A stretch of DNA of 64,000 nt from the human T2T-CHM13v2.0 reference genome, Homo sapiens: assembly GCF_009914755.1 (NCBI RefSeq), contig NC_060928.1; one strand, 5' to 3'. Shown here one piece after another: positions 44,840 to 62,285 of this stretch; within the stretch, counting starts at the first letter, position 1, and the number at the start of each line of letters is the position of its first letter. The translations under genes were made by a program, and so were the position numbers. The notes beneath the pieces were generated by a model. It saw only the letters and a program-made list of their open reading frames with translations. It had not been told where the DNA came from and ran no database searches.

Positions 44840-44995
44840 CCAAACTTCAGGATAATCCTGAGGTGCAGGTGTTGTTATTATTCCAGGTGGAGGGATAATA
44901 AACCTACTTAAATTTCTCAAGCTTACACAGCAAGTAGCAGGGGTAACATTTGAACCCAGGTCTCTGAATACAAACCCCGTATTCTTTCCACTAGC
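44840..44995 (-). mobile_element. MIR in DSPP intron 1
   Basis: tttctcaagcttacacagcaagtag..atttgaacccaggtct. Confidence 0.7.
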
Positions 44996-45475
44996 GTAGG
45001 CTCCCTCATGTTAGTAATTTCTTTCTCTTAAAGTCTGGTATAGCTCAATTCTATAGATTTGGAGTAAGGATGACAAGTGTTTTACCTTTGAAGCACAATT
45101 TCAGCAGAATTAGTTAGTACTTGATTAAAGCTATTCAGAAGAGAAATAGATGTTTTTACACCCAAGAATTGCAGAAGAACAAAGTTACAGCTATGCCCTT
45201 TGTACCTATTATGGCGTTTTCCTTCATTGGCACAGGCAGAAAAAAATCTAGGAAGCTACATTAGTGCTGAGCCTGGTGATGCCCCCATAACCACACCAGG
45301 TATGTTCTGGACCATCGTATGTCTTCTCGTGTTAGATACATGCTTCTTGTCCAGGAAAAGGGCAAATGCTTACACATCAAAATAATATAGTACTATGATT
45401 TTCCCTTTACTTTATAAGTAATTTTGTGCTGTTCCTTTTTTATACAGCCATTGATTATTATTATTCCTAAAGAAA

Positions 45476-45526
45476 ATGAAGATAATTACATATTTTTGCA
45501 TTTGGGCAGTAGCATGGGCCATTCCA
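45476..45526 (+). CDS. DSPP: DSPP exon 2 coding part: signal peptide plus first 2 mature residues (MKIITYFCIWAVAWA-IP)
   Basis: Acceptor ttttttatacAG ends at 45447; ATG at 45476; 17 codons; donor GTAAGT at 45527. Typical SCPP exon 2. Confidence 0.98.
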
Positions 45527-45595
45527 GTAAGTATGCCTTTCTTAGAAAACCTCTTCACTTTGTTATCTTTTTTAACCTAACATTAATACAAAATG

Positions 45596-45598
<3 letters not shown>

Positions 45599-45635
<37 letters not shown>

Positions 45636-45670
45636 ATGTACATGTGTGTATATATGTGTGTGTGTATATA
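45599..45670. repeat. (TG)n microsatellite in intron 2; a second (TG)n at 46584-46604
   Basis: Directly visible. Confidence 0.95.
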
Positions 45671-46646
45671 TGTTTCCTTAATTTTTTTTAACAGGCTGAG
45701 TCTAAACATTTAGATTTGCACTAAGGGCTTTATGTGATATCTGTGAGGTTTCAACAAAACCACTCCAATTCATCGTCTCATTCCTCTATAGAAACTCATA
45801 TCTCGTCTGAAGGATTATTATTATTTAAAACATTTATTCAGATTAATTTACACTTAATGCCCAGAAGTCATGGAGACTTTGTCCATCTTTGCTTCATACT
45901 CTGTGAATTTCATTCTAATACGAACAAAGTCTGTGCTGTTTAGGAAGTTTCCAAGAAAGAATAATAAGAAAAAGTAGATTTTTTTTCAACATATAGGAGA
46001 CTAATTTTTCACTCAGAGTTATTATTTATGTGCTCACTGTGGAAAATTTGGAATATATGATGAAAACCAATAAAAAATTGAGAAAATTCAACCATTTATA
46101 ATTTTACTAGCCAGCCATCATGTTTAACATTTTCATATGCTTTCATAATACCAAACATTTGGTATTTATGTAGTTGAAAATGTTCTCAAGTATTTCAAAT
46201 GTGCTCTTGCAGAGCACAGAAGTATACTAGCGTAATACTTGATTTTGCTTCTGTGCAGGCTCTGGTCACGCCTCCTGTTCTCTTAAGAGTTTTCATCAGG
46301 ATTACACTTAGAGCGGGTTTGTGCTAGTGCAAGAGGCTTTTTGTAGAGAAACACCAGAGGTCTATCCCCTCGTCTTTCTACAAGACTCTTTCCTTCTACA
46401 GTTGAGATAAGTGGGCTGATCTAACACGTCCATAAAATTGGTAATACCACAGTGAAAAATATCCATGTACCCAGTTTAAATTCTACACAAGCCCTGTAAG
46501 AAGCCACTTCTCTTTTCTATCTGATTAGATCATACTTTGGCCTTTGTGTTAAACCTTTCTTCTTCATGGAGGGAAGAATATTTGTGTGTGTGTGTGTGTG
46601 TGTGCACGCTCACACACATATTCACAAATAAGAACCTTTTCAATAG

Positions 46647-46754
<108 letters not shown>

Positions 46755-46860
46755 TAGGATGTAATATATTTCATTTTATTTCCTATTTCTGAGTTGCTAC
46801 ATTCCATTAACTTCTCCAAGATTGCAATTTGCTTTCCTTCAAGATCATTGACACTTATAA

Positions 46861-47880
<1,020 letters not shown>

Positions 47881-48347
47881 TAAAGCTGATTTCTTTCAAT
47901 GGCAGTTTAAATTCTTCCCCTCCATCTATTGATGCTAGCACAAAAATAAACCATGACAAGCATCCATGTATTTTTGTATCCATATTACTTGACTATTTAA
48001 GGAAATCTAGAGTCCTTACTAGACTTCGAGATAGAACAACTTTAAACATCTTACATTTCTGATAACTTAGTTATAATTCTAGAAAAGTCTTATGTGAAAT
48101 CATGGATCCCCATGTAATTGTTTACAAAAGTTCCTACTGGGTAGGAATGTGGATGAATTTTTAAGGAATCTAAGCACCAGGATGCTTTCAATTACAGAAT
48201 AAAGCACATTTTCACAAATAACTGTGAAGTACTAGAAATGTAACTCCTATCCCTATGGCAACTTTTCCCAGTTATTCTTCCTCAGATCAATGCAATTTTG
48301 CAGCAAATATTCACTAGTTAATCATTCTTTCCTCCATCCTTCCATAG

Positions 48348-50978
<2,631 letters not shown>

Positions 50979-51285
50979 AACAAAAGAAAAACCCATAAGA
51001 TTCCTTTTGTGAAAAGTTTGGTAATGGGATAGGAAAAAAAGATTTCCAAGAAAGTAAAGAAAGGGGAGAAATAAACATAAGACGTATGTAAACAAAAACA
51101 ACTGGGGGAATCAAATCAAACAGTTGGATTCAGAACCAAGACCTAACTCCTGCAGAGACAGACTCTGAATGCATGACCTTTGGTACATGCCTGTTAATAT
51201 TCATGTTCTGAAAATATTTTGTTAAAAGTGTAAATCTAAACATAAAAGAACAATTAAAATATTCTTTAATACTTCACACAGAAAC
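50979..51285 (+). terminator. DSPP: DSPP 3'UTR with polyadenylation signals AATAAA (51070-51075) and ATTAAA (51253-51258)
   Basis: Hexamers seen downstream of the stop codon; cleavage site inferred. Confidence 0.65.
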
Positions 51286-51868
51286 CTCAAGTAATCACTA
51301 CATGATAACTTCAATTTAAGTGCCATGTGCTGCAGAGAATGTAGCAGGCAGACACATCTTAAAAGCAACCTGTGGCATTGCCTTAAGTCTCCATAGTTAT
51401 ATATTCTGGAGAGGTGGTCTGCTTACCGCTGAGTAAAAGATGCTGTACTGTGATAGCCAACTTGGCTTTGGATTCAGTTGCTTGTTCTATGGAAGAAATA
51501 CATTTATTTGTTACATGAAAAAAAATTGCAGCTACTATTCAACCTACCTGGGCTATGGGAATAATCTTTCTAATGATCAAATAGAGTAGTTATAAGTCAC
51601 AGAAATTCTAAAGAGTGCTAGTCAGAAAGAGCTCAGAGACAGGTTGATGTATAAAATCTGATCTGTAATCTGATGTATAGCATCTGATGTTAAAATCTGA
51701 TGTAAAAAAATACATCTCAACAAACCACTGGAAATTTAGTACAAAGTCCCTAAAACTATTGACAAAGCTGATGCAGTGCTTAGAACAGTGTCTTACTCCC
51801 AGGAGCCACTCTCCAAATGTTAACCAGTAAATGACACATGAATGACTCTGGAGGAGCATCACTTAGAA

Positions 51869-52162
51869 GCGCGGTGGCTCACGCCTGTATCCCAACACTT
51901 TGGCAGGTCGAGGTGGGCGGATCACGAGGTCAAGAGATCGAGACCATCTTGGCCAACATGGTGAAACCCCGTCTCTACTAAAAATACAAATATCAGCTGG
52001 GAGTGGTGGCGCGCGTCTCTAGTCCCAGCTACTTGGGAGGCTGAGGCAGGAGAATCGCTTGAACCCAGGAGCGGAAGTTGCAGTAAGCTGAGATCGTGCC
52101 ACTGCACTCTAGCCTAGCGACAGAACGAGAGTCCGTCTCAAAAAAACAAACAAACAAAAAAA
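51869..52162 (+). mobile_element. AluS (Sc-like)
   Basis: gatcacgaggtcaagagatcgagaccatc; A-rich tail. Confidence 0.93.
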
Positions 52163-52499
52163 CTGTGTTATGTGGTATCAATTATTTATCTTTACATCAG
52201 TCTCACCAAGTCATTCTTAGTTCACATTTCCCTTGAAAACCTCAACACGCCAAAACTTCTAAACCAGACCCTGAGTCTCCCTTCCCACTATTAATCTCTT
52301 TAATAAAGCTAAAGCTGCTGGTGGGTAATGGTTTGGAAAACTTCTCTTTCTTATTTGAGAGTCATATATGCAGTTACGATCTGAGTATATATCACTCAGC
52401 TTTGGCATGAATGAAGGTAATTCTTAGCCCCAAGATGAAGCCCAATTTCTAGAAAATGACAATCTTAAAGGTGTATAGAGAATAGAGATTGATATTTAA

Positions 52500-52632
52500 T
52501 AGTGTGGAGATATAGTTTATCATCTAAATTAGGGCACTTTGGAGAATGAAAGGGGTGTTATGAGTAATTATACGGAGACAGGAGATATAAATTGGGGTTG
52601 TCCCAGGGAAACTGGGAGATACTATAACCCTA
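52500..52632. mobile_element. MER94-like hAT-Blackjack MITE
   Basis: tttatcatctaaa..ggcactttggagaatgaaagggg..gtcccagggaaactggga..accct; about 133 bp. Confidence 0.7.
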
Positions 52633-53344
52633 ACCCATAAACCTTAAGGGTATTTTTCAAGATTTAGTAGTGACGCTTTGAAATCTCCATCTTTTTCCAT
52701 TGAGGTAATTATTTTAGCTTTGTTCTAAAGCAAAGCTGAAAATCTATAGAGTGAGATTATGAATGCAACTTCTTTAATGTTAATTTTCAACCAGTTGTTA
52801 GTTGACCATTTACCTTCTAATATTAGGCATATTTTATGAAGAGTTTCAGGAGGTTTATTTTTCTGCCTTCTTCCTCCTCTATGCAAGTGTCCTTAGGTAA
52901 GAGATCAACATTGTGAGGAGTATTGTTGAAGACTTTAAAAATACTATTCATAAACTTCTTGGTAACTCTTAAGAGTGCAAAATGTCCAGGTTTGTACTAC
53001 ATCACAGTCATGTCATGACTCTAAACTTCTTTCTATATAATATGTTCTAGGTTTTTAATTTCTTTAGATTTTAGGGTTTTTTCTTTCGTTTTGTTTTGTT
53101 TTAATTTGTAAAGCATTGCTTCTAGTATGTGTCACAACTATTTCAAAAGGTTGCTATGAACACTAAGTCAGGCAATGGACATGGAACTCTGTAAACTACA
53201 CAAGACACATAAATGAAGGAGATAAATCTCGGTGTTATAATAAATATCCATTTATTAAAGTAAATATCCTTTTATACAATTGCTCACAAAGAAAATTCCC
53301 TTCATCCTAAAGAGTTTGCAAATACCCCCTCTATCACAAAATCT

Positions 53345-53760
53345 GATGTATAATATTTCTTTTAAAAATTAGCTATTTTTAATTAAAAAAGTAATATATG
53401 TATATGCACAAAATAAAAAAAAACAAACACCATAAAGAGGTATACAGAAGTATTATCTTAAATCTTGACCCTTCTACACTCCCAGCCCTCTATATCTCTT
53501 TCCTATTGCCTATAAGCAATTCCCATTACTAATATCTTGTGGAGCGTTTCAGAAATATTCTATGTACATACATTCCCCTTTTAAAAACATGTGGAAGTTT
53601 ACTATACACAATGCGTTCATCTTATTTTTTTCAATTTAATAAATACCTTAAATATTGGTTCATAGCACACAGATCAACTTCATTTTTCTTCACGGGTGTG
53701 CTGTATTTCGTTTTATGAAGTGCCATAAGGTATTTGATCTGCCTTTATTGTTCCATCACT
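53345..53760 (-). mobile_element. Old L1M/L1ME 3' fragment
   Basis: Degenerate antisense L1 3'UTR (tcagaaatattctatgtacat..atcaacttcatttttctt). Confidence 0.55.
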
Positions 53761-54129
53761 TTCTAAGCCATTTCCAGTCTGATAAAAGTCTCTGCAGATA
53801 TTGCCTGCAGTAACAGCCTAAGCTGGATCAATTTCTAGCCAGTTCTTATAAAGAATTTACTTTAAGAAATATTTAGAGGCAGGGAATGTTCAGAATCTAG
53901 GGTTGATACCAGAAGTAACAAAGATATGATCTTGATTTTCTTATATAATCACATCTGCATTGACTTCTGGACTTTCAGGGAAAGAATGGAGCAGACACAC
54001 TACAAAAGAACATCGCAAAAGTAGATCCTTTGAACACAAGAAGTCTGGTATTAGGAAACAAAGCTTATTTTGAGTTATTTTCTGGAATAAAGATTAATAG
54101 GCTGTCTGCTAATATTGCCCACAAAAACA

Positions 54130-54385
54130 GTATTTTTTAAACTGCAGGTTGCCACTCATTTAGTAGATCATATCAATTTAGTGACTAATGATAAATATTT
54201 TATAAAACAAAAGAATAAAAAAGAAAAATCATAATGTACCATCTGTACTGTTTTGTGAACCTGGATCATATCTATCTATATATGTACACACACAAATATG
54301 TCCAAATGTACATGTAGTAGGACCTGATGGAAAATGCCTTTCTTATTGTTGATTGTAGTTTTAAAAAGTTTGAAAGCCATTGGTT
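54130..54385 (+). mobile_element. MER112-like MITE
   Basis: aaactgcaggttgccactcatttagt..tcaatttagtg..aaaaagtttgaaagccattg. Confidence 0.65.
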
Positions 54386-56614
54386 TAGAAAATAATTACT
54401 GCTAGTAATCATTTTATATTCACTTTTTCACATTCACTTTTTCCCTAGAAACCTCTAAGTTTCTTTCCCACTTTGAAGCAGAGATTTTAAAGAAAAAAGA
54501 AAGAAAGAAAGAAGGATGTATGTGTAGACGGACAGGGAAGAGTGGCAGTGGAATGCGTTTCTAGATTTATCTGTACCACGGTAAAAAGAGCCAAGGAAAC
54601 ATTGTCACTCTTGAACAAGAGGCTATCAGGATGGTGCTGGTGGACTTGTTAGAAATTCAAGATTTCTTTCTGGCTGCATGGATTACTCCACAGATGACTG
54701 AAGACAAGATCTGAAAACTTACTCTCAGAGGTGGTCTTGTCCTCCCCATCGACCGGAGAATTCTCTCTGTGTCGGTCATACCACAAATCAGGAAATGTGG
54801 TAACAGGTTTTGTTGTTGTTGTTTAAAAAATATATTTTTTACATAAAAAGATAACATTTATAAAGTTATACTTCACCATACAAATACATTTAAAATTATT
54901 AACTGAAGTGTAATTTCCCAGAAGTCAAACTTGCTTTATGATTTGTAATGGAAGTTTTGAAAAACTTTAGACCAAAATAACCAGGAACAATTTTCCTCTC
55001 CCTAAAAGGAGCAGGAACAGAATAGAATAGTTTAGTCATAGATGAAAATATCATTGTGTTCTCACAGTGATCCATTCACTGCTGCTTGGAAGCAAATCCT
55101 CTAGAGAATGAAACAAACCAACAACACAATGTTCCCATCCTCTACCCTCTGAACAGGGATCTTGGGTTCAGATGCTGAAAAAGAAAAAAAAGAAAAAACT
55201 CAATTCCTATGGGGAAGTCTTGCAGCTCAGAAAAATTGTGCAAAATCTAAAGATACATGAGACTCAATCTGTCTTCCATGAGTTTGCCCAGTTCCCACTC
55301 TAGCATGAAGCACTGATTTTATAGAGCTTGATCATAAGATACTTCCCTTATTCCCAAACCCATTATTTTGGGCTTCGCAACCTGCTCTACCCATCTCTCC
55401 TTTACTCTGTTTCCTTATTTTCCTCCCTAGTCTTTTTCTCTTCAAAGAGGTTAAGAAAGCTCTGTGGGGAGGAAACTCTTCGCCCTTTGCAGATTTTAAT
55501 TCCCAGGCATCTCCCTTTGTGAGAACCCAGACAAACCCCCTGGCCAGGGACTGCTGTGCTTGGGCTTATATCACTGGTCTTTTTGTACACTCCTGGATTT
55601 CAGTCTCAACCAGCTGGTTCCTACCTTCCTGGCACTTTCCTCAATTGAAACCACTGAATCTTTCTTTGCTATTCTAACTCCATCTTTTTTATTCTGAGAC
55701 CAAACAGAACTGAAGGCAAGAGATACTCAGACTGCAACAGACCAACCCTTAGGTACAGCATGATGGCACACTTACTTCTTGTCTTATCCTAATATCTTGA
55801 TTCCAACAAGTAGACTCGGACCTTGTCCCAAAGCAACAATTCCTTTTGAGTGACCTGATCTTCTAAGTTGGCTTCTGTCTAGGTTCTTCATACTATTCTG
55901 GTAAACGGATGAGAATTTCCCCAGCCCAATCACCCTGAGAACACCAGGAGCAAACCTGTTATCTGATACAGTTGACTTTATGGATGCAATGCAATGAAGG
56001 TGGCTGTGGACCACAGCTGAGGTGGCTCAGCAAAGGAAAAGATAGAATTATTATAGGATTTTGGGAATGAGTGGAATGTAGATAGTATTTAAATGAAGCA
56101 GTGTTTGAAAGGTTCAAAGAAAACAGGGATAAGGATTTGGATTATGAAATAGACCCAGGCTCCTGTTTCTTTGCAAGGTACAAAGTTAGGATGAAGATGG
56201 ATTGTTGTATCCAGAAACCCCTTATCTGAATCTCTCTGCACCTGGGTTCTAAATTGAGACTGCTTCTGTGTCAAAAGAGCTTAGACTCTCCAGGCAAGAA
56301 TGGAGTGTTTCATTCTTACCGATATAATCTACAGCAACAAAGTCTCTGATAATCTTTGATTTTGAAAAAAATAAAGTTTCTTAATGATTAATAAGGCAGG
56401 AGTCCATTCAACAAAGGGAGTTGTTATGACGCTTTATAGCTTCAACACCCTTAAGAGAAATAGTTCCTGTTCAGTTTGCTGCTGTCTTTATATATGTCTA
56501 TTAATGTAGCCTGATAAATGGTGAGATTTTTTACTCTCTCACTCTGAGCTAATTTTTGTTTTCTGAGGACGTATGTCTCTGTTAAAACAAAGACTCTGCC
56601 TATCCCGCCAGTCC

Positions 56615-56951
56615 AGTGGTCCCCAACTTTTTGGCACCAGGGACCAGTTTCTTGGAAGACAATTTTTCCACAGACAGGGTCGAGGAAGGGAGGGGACGGT
56701 TTCAGGATGATTCAAGCCCATTACATTTATCATTAGATTCTCACAAGGAGAGTGCGCCCTAGATCCCTCGAATGCACAATGCACAATAGGGTTTGCACTC
56801 TATGAGAATCTAATGCTGTGGCTGATCTGACAGGAGGCAGAGCTCAGCCGGCAATGCTTGCTTGCCTGCCACTCACCTCCTGCTGTGCGGCCTGGTTCCT
56901 AACAAGCCACAGACCGGTATTGGTCTGTGGCCCAGTGGTTGAGATCGCCTG
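56615..56951 (+). mobile_element. MER1B hAT-Charlie MITE
   Basis: cagtggtccccaactttttggcaccagggaccagttt...gtggttgagatcgcctg; about 337 bp. Confidence 0.9.
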
Positions 56952-57496
56952 TGCTAGTTCTTCAGAATCAGGCAGGATTCCCAGATGCCTGTCTGTTCTT
57001 TAAATATCACCCAATATCACCTGTTGGACTTTGCATCGCTCCCATCGTCTCTGTTTCTCTTTTGCTAATTATTATCTGTACCCTGAAAACACATTGCCAC
57101 TTTGTGAATTCTTGTGTTTTGCATACAGCTTTCCTTGCTTAAACCCTGCAGCATGGCACAACTTCTTCACTCTCATTTCTCACCCACTCCACGTAAACGG
57201 AGGTTCACGTTCTGTCTCTTTTCTGTCTATCCTATTCTGTTACTAGAAGCCCACCATAAATTGTCAGGTTGTGGTAGTTAGCAGTTCTCATCTCTAAACT
57301 GAACTCAACAGTCTTCTCTGGAATCCAGGTCGCTGTGCACTAACTTTGTAGATGTCTTCTTTCCCAGGGGTTTCCTTGGCTCTGTGTTTCTGAAGTTCAA
57401 TTTCTAATTTTGACATTCTTCTCCTCACCCTTTTTGGCTTGTCTGAAGGACAGTTAAAATAACACATTTTATTGTTTTTAAGATTTCCAGGAGATT

Positions 57497-57958
57497 TTAT
57501 TTTGGTTTTTATTTTTTATAACTTCACCTTTTATTTTTGATTCGGGGTACATGTACAGATTTGTTACCTGAGTATACTGTGTGATGCTGAGGTTTGGGGT
57601 ACAGTCGATCCCATCACCCAGGTACTGACCATTGTACCCAATAGTTAGTTTTGCAACCCCTCCCCTCTCCTACCTCTAGTACCCTCCAGTTTCTATTGTT
57701 GCCATCTTTATGTCCATGAGTACCCAATGTTTAGCTCCCACTTGCAAGTGAGAACATGTGGTATTTGGTTTCCTGTTTCCGAGTTACTTCACTTAGGATA
57801 ATGGCCTCCAGATGCATCCGTGTTGCTGCACAAGACACGATTTCATTCTTTTATGGCTGCATAGTATTCCATGGTGTATATGTACCACATTTTCTTCATC
57901 CAGTCCGCCATGGATGGGCACCTAGGTTGACTCCATGTCTTTGCTATTTTGAATAGTG
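57497..57958 (-). mobile_element. Older L1PA 3' end
   Basis: gctcccacttgcaagtgagaacatgtggtatttgg; MEYYAAIK on the minus strand. Confidence 0.9.
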
Positions 57959-58612
57959 AGAAGAGTCTAATCTTCAAAACCTGTTCTGAGTTTTTTCTTT
58001 CAGTGAAGCTCAAATCTTCACCTGTCATTATCTGCCAGTTGATGGTACTGAATTTCATTTCAGGATTGTAAAAGAAGAGTGCAGCTATTTTGTTCAACCC
58101 AAAGTTCTCACCACAGTCCTCTTTTCCACTCCGACTAGATCCAGGACAAACAAAATAAGCAAAAAATCCACACAAATAATCAGAAAGCACATCCACAATA
58201 TTATTCACGGCTCTCCACTTAGAAAGAGAAAGGCATGAAACAAAATGGCAATTGACAGGTAAGTAAACTTACCTGGACTTATCAGAGAGGCAAATGCCAG
58301 CTCAGTAATGCTAGCATTTGTGTATAGATAAGTTTGTCACCTATTGTCTTCCTTGCTTCACAGAACTATCTTCAGAGGAATGTTTGATGGAGAAATGTCC
58401 AAATCTAGATGTCTATTGGGTGGAGCTTTGGCAACACCATTGCCAGTTCTAGCTTTTTAGAATTCTTGAAATAATCTTATCAACCTGCAGGTGTTTGCAG
58501 TACCTACATCACTGCCAATCACAGCGTGACCAGTGAAGTAGTGTTGGCCTGTAATCTGATAGAGTTCAAAAGTTCAAAAGCACAGAAATGGAGAGTAAGT
58601 ATATCTATCTTT

Positions 58613-58911
58613 CCTTTTCTTTTTTTTCTGGAGACGGAGTCTCGCTCTGTCGCCCGGGCTGGAGTGCAGTGGTGTGATCTTGGCTCACTGTAACCTCTGC
58701 CTCCTGGGTTCAATCAATTCTCCTGCCTCAGCCTCCTGAGTAGCTGGGACTACAGGTGCACACCACCATGCCCAGCTAATGTTTTGTATTTTAGTAGAGA
58801 CGGAGTTTCACGTGTTGCCCAGGCTGGTCTTGAACTCCTGAGCTCAGGCAATCCACTCGCCTCAGCCTCCCAAAGTGCTAGGATTATAGGCGTGAGCCAC
58901 TGTGCCCGGCC
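58613..58911 (-). mobile_element. AluS
   Basis: Full-length antisense Alu. Confidence 0.93.
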
Positions 58912-59092
58912 TGGATTTCTATCTTTTATAGCAACTTGACACTGTCATGAAATCCCATGTGATCATTTTTCTAGTAATTCATTTTCATTGAATTTTATGA
59001 AAGTATTGATCCATGATGGATTTGAAATTTAAAAATATAACCGGTTTTTAACCATAGGTAGTTTGAGAAATATCTAGCTATCAGATGACTGT

Positions 59093-59523
59093 GGTTGAAT
59101 TAAATTTAGCCTAAAGCTGCCTCCTTGCATATTTTAAGTTTGGCCTAAAGGTTTATCCATACATAGTGAACTGTAACCTAACTGGATATGTAAACAGACT
59201 ATAGCCTACCCTTGTAACAAGCAGCTGAGTCTCAGCCAATCACAGCAGGCATACTTCAACCACTCACAGCCAAATGTTCAAACCGTGTTCAAACAAGGAA
59301 AACACTGAGCTGTAACCAAGCTGGCTGTCTCTGTGCTTCACTTCTGCTTTCTGTAAACTGCCTTCCTATTTCTGTCCATAAATCCTTCTGACAATGCAGC
59401 AGCGCTGGAATCTCTTTCTATCTATTCTGGTTTGGGGGACTATCTGATTCATGAATCCTTCTTTGCCCAGTTAAACTCTGTTAAACTTAATTGGTCTAAG
59501 TTTTTTTTTTTTTTTTTTTTTTA
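59093..59523 (+). mobile_element. MER57-type ERV1 solo LTR
   Basis: taaatttagcctaaagctgcctcctt.catattttaagtttggcctaaagg. Confidence 0.85.
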
Positions 59524-60579
59524 AAGACAACTGAAAATTAGGCATCTAAATTATCTTGAAATACATCAGCGGATGTACACACTATATACTACATAAAAGG
59601 GCTACTTGAGTGAGGAGCTGAAGCATTTATCAGAGAAATTCATATTTCATGTGCCAGAAATCTCAGAGATGTTCCCCTTTGAGACTAACATGACTATCTG
59701 ACATCCGTTAAAATGAGATTATTGGGCTACGGGTGGAAGACAAGATGAATAAAAACCTTAAAAATTAGGGGATTGTTTTTCTGAAATCCAAATCTCTTGA
59801 TATTCCTGGTCTTTCAAGAAAGAATAACTAGCAGAATGTCCTTCTACCAAGCTCATGAGGTTGATTCTTAGGCAGGAATAGAGGTAGCTCTGAGAAGATG
59901 CAGCCATCTGCCTCTTTTTGATTTATTGTAATATTAACCTAAAGCTACTTTTTTTTTCTATTCACTAGGTGTGAATGGGCTGACTTCCACCAGTGAAAAT
60001 ATAGGAAAGCCAAAAAATACTTTTTGTGTTCTTAGACCTACTGACCGTGTGGAAGGAAAAGCTTCCATGGGGAGTTACCCACCAAGGGCACTTACTAAAT
60101 TCTACTGATAATCCTGTGGATTTTCAGTGAGGCTTTAAAAAAATGCCCCTCAAATGCCAAAGCAATTCAGCATGATAATTTAAAAAGCTGACGTGGGTAT
60201 TTGTATTCATCTCAAGAATTCCATTAGATACGTTTATGTTGTGCTCTTAAAGGCCTCTCCTTCATCAACTCCTGTAATTTCTCCTCTTTTTAGCTCCCAC
60301 ATTCTCCTATCTTTTGTATTAGGTGATCCTGTTTTGGACTATCAACCCTGGTTTTTATCTTGGCCAATCTTTGGGACAACTACTAGCATTGGATTGGCTC
60401 TGTCAGCTGCTATCTCAGGTAAGAGGTTCTTCGTTGCTACTCTCTACTCCTTACCATCCTCTCACTGCTTCTCAGTAATAACCTGGTTTGTTTTCTGAAT
60501 TAGTAATCACCTGTTTTGTTTTCTGAAACTCAGTAGAGTGATTGAGAGAAGAGCCACACGTGGAAAAGATGGAAAGAGT

Positions 60580-60770
60580 CCAGTGGTTCTCAAACTTGAG
60601 TATGTATCAGAAACCCACAAAGGCCTTGTTTTAAACAAAGATCCATCTCCTGTCTTTCCCTGCTGAGTTCCTGATTTGGTAAGGGTAAAGGCCAAGATTT
60701 GCATCTCTTAACAAATTCCCAGGTAAGGCTGATACTATTGCCTGGAAAATCACACCTTGAGAATCCCTGA
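60580..60770. mobile_element. MER5A MITE
   Basis: cagtggttctcaaacttgagtatgtatcagaa..ttgcatctcttaacaaattcccaggt..ttgagaatccctg. Confidence 0.85.
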
Positions 60771-61164
60771 GCTAAACAATGTCAACCAGGTGAAGTGTGT
60801 GTATTAGCATCTCCAGTGAAGTGGGTTTTTTTGGAAGGGAGGCTAGGTTTAATTACCTTGAATTAAATCAGGAAAGCCAAAGTTAAGATCTGAATGCTGC
60901 ATATTGATTAATATGCTTACCTAGGACACAAACTCATCCATAACGACATCTTATTTTCCCTTCTGGAGTGTACGGTCAATAGACAATCTAGACTGAGAGG
61001 ATTCCTTCATTGCAAGCTAAGTTAGCTTCTGCTAAGTAAATGAAATAGGTGTTTTCTATATTTTATAGGCATTGAAGATTTAAGGCAAGTTTTTATGACC
61101 AATGAGAATTCTCTTTTTCATATGTAGAAGTAGCAACCCTTGCCCTAAAAATTATTTTAGAAAT

Positions 61165-62285
61165 TGTGATGGTTAATTTCATGTGTCAACTTAGCTAGGC
61201 CACTATACCCAAATATTTGGTCAAACATTATTCTGCACGTTTCTTCAAAGGCATTTTTAAGGTATTTTAAGTTAAAGTTAACAATTAAATCAGTAGACTT
61301 TGAGTAAATCAGAATACCCTCTCTATTAGTCCGTTTTCATGCTGCTGATAAAGAGATACCCAAGACTGGGCAATTTATAAAAGAAAAAGGTTTAATTGGA
61401 CTCACAGTTCCACGTGGCTGGGGAGGCCCCATGATCATGGCAGAAGGCAAGGAGGAGCAAGTCACATCTTATGTGGATGGCAGCAGGCAAAAAGAGAAGG
61501 CTTGTGCAGAGAAACTCCTGTTTTTTTTTTTTTTTTTTTTTTTTTTTGAAGTCTTGCTCTGTCACCAGGCTGGAGTGCAGTGGCACGATCTGGGCTCACT
61601 GCAACCGCCTCCTGGGGTTCAATCGGCTCTCTTGCCTCAGCCTCCTGCGTAGCCGGGACTACAGGCGTATGCCACCACGCCCAGCTAATTTTTGTATTTT
61701 TAGTAGAGACGGGGTTTCACTGTGTTGGCCAGGATGGTCTCGATCTTTTGACCTCGTGATCTGCGTGCCTTGGCCTCCCAAAGTGCTGGGATTACAGGCG
61801 TGAGCCACCTTGCCCAGCCGAAATTCCCGTTTTTAAAACCATCAGATCTTGTGAGACCCACTCACTATCACAAGAACAGCACAGGAAAAGACCCGCCCCT
61901 AAGATTCAATCATCTCCCAGTAGGTCCCTCCCACAACACGTGGGAATTATGCGAGCTACTAATGAGATTTGGGTGGAAACACAGAGCCAAACCGTATCGC
62001 TTTCCATAATGTGGATGGGCCTCATCCAATCAGTTAAAGGCCTTAATAGAGAAAAAACCGAGGTCCCGGGAAGATGAGGGAATTCAGAGCAGATTCCCTT
62101 CAGACTCTTTAGAACTACAAGTCTTCCCTAGGTTTCCAGCCTGCCAGCCCACCCTGCAGTTTTTGGACTTGCCAGTCTGCACAATTGAGCAGGCTGATTC
62201 CTTAAAATAAATCTCTTTTTCTCTCTCCCTCTTTCTCTATATACGCATCTTACTGGGTCTGTTTTTCTGGAAAATACTGACTGAT
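61165..62285 (+). mobile_element. MLT2B LTR containing a THE1 LTR (~61323-61998, -), which contains an Alu (61521-61819, -)
   Basis: tgtgatggttaatttcatgtgtcaactt start; THE1 tattagtccgttttcatgctgctgataaag; Alu TSD gaaaYtccYgttttt. Confidence 0.9.

Noticed and set aside
45289-45295. AACCACA RUNX site in intron 1
   Set aside because: A single 7-mer is expected by chance several times in 64 kb; there is no supporting evidence.
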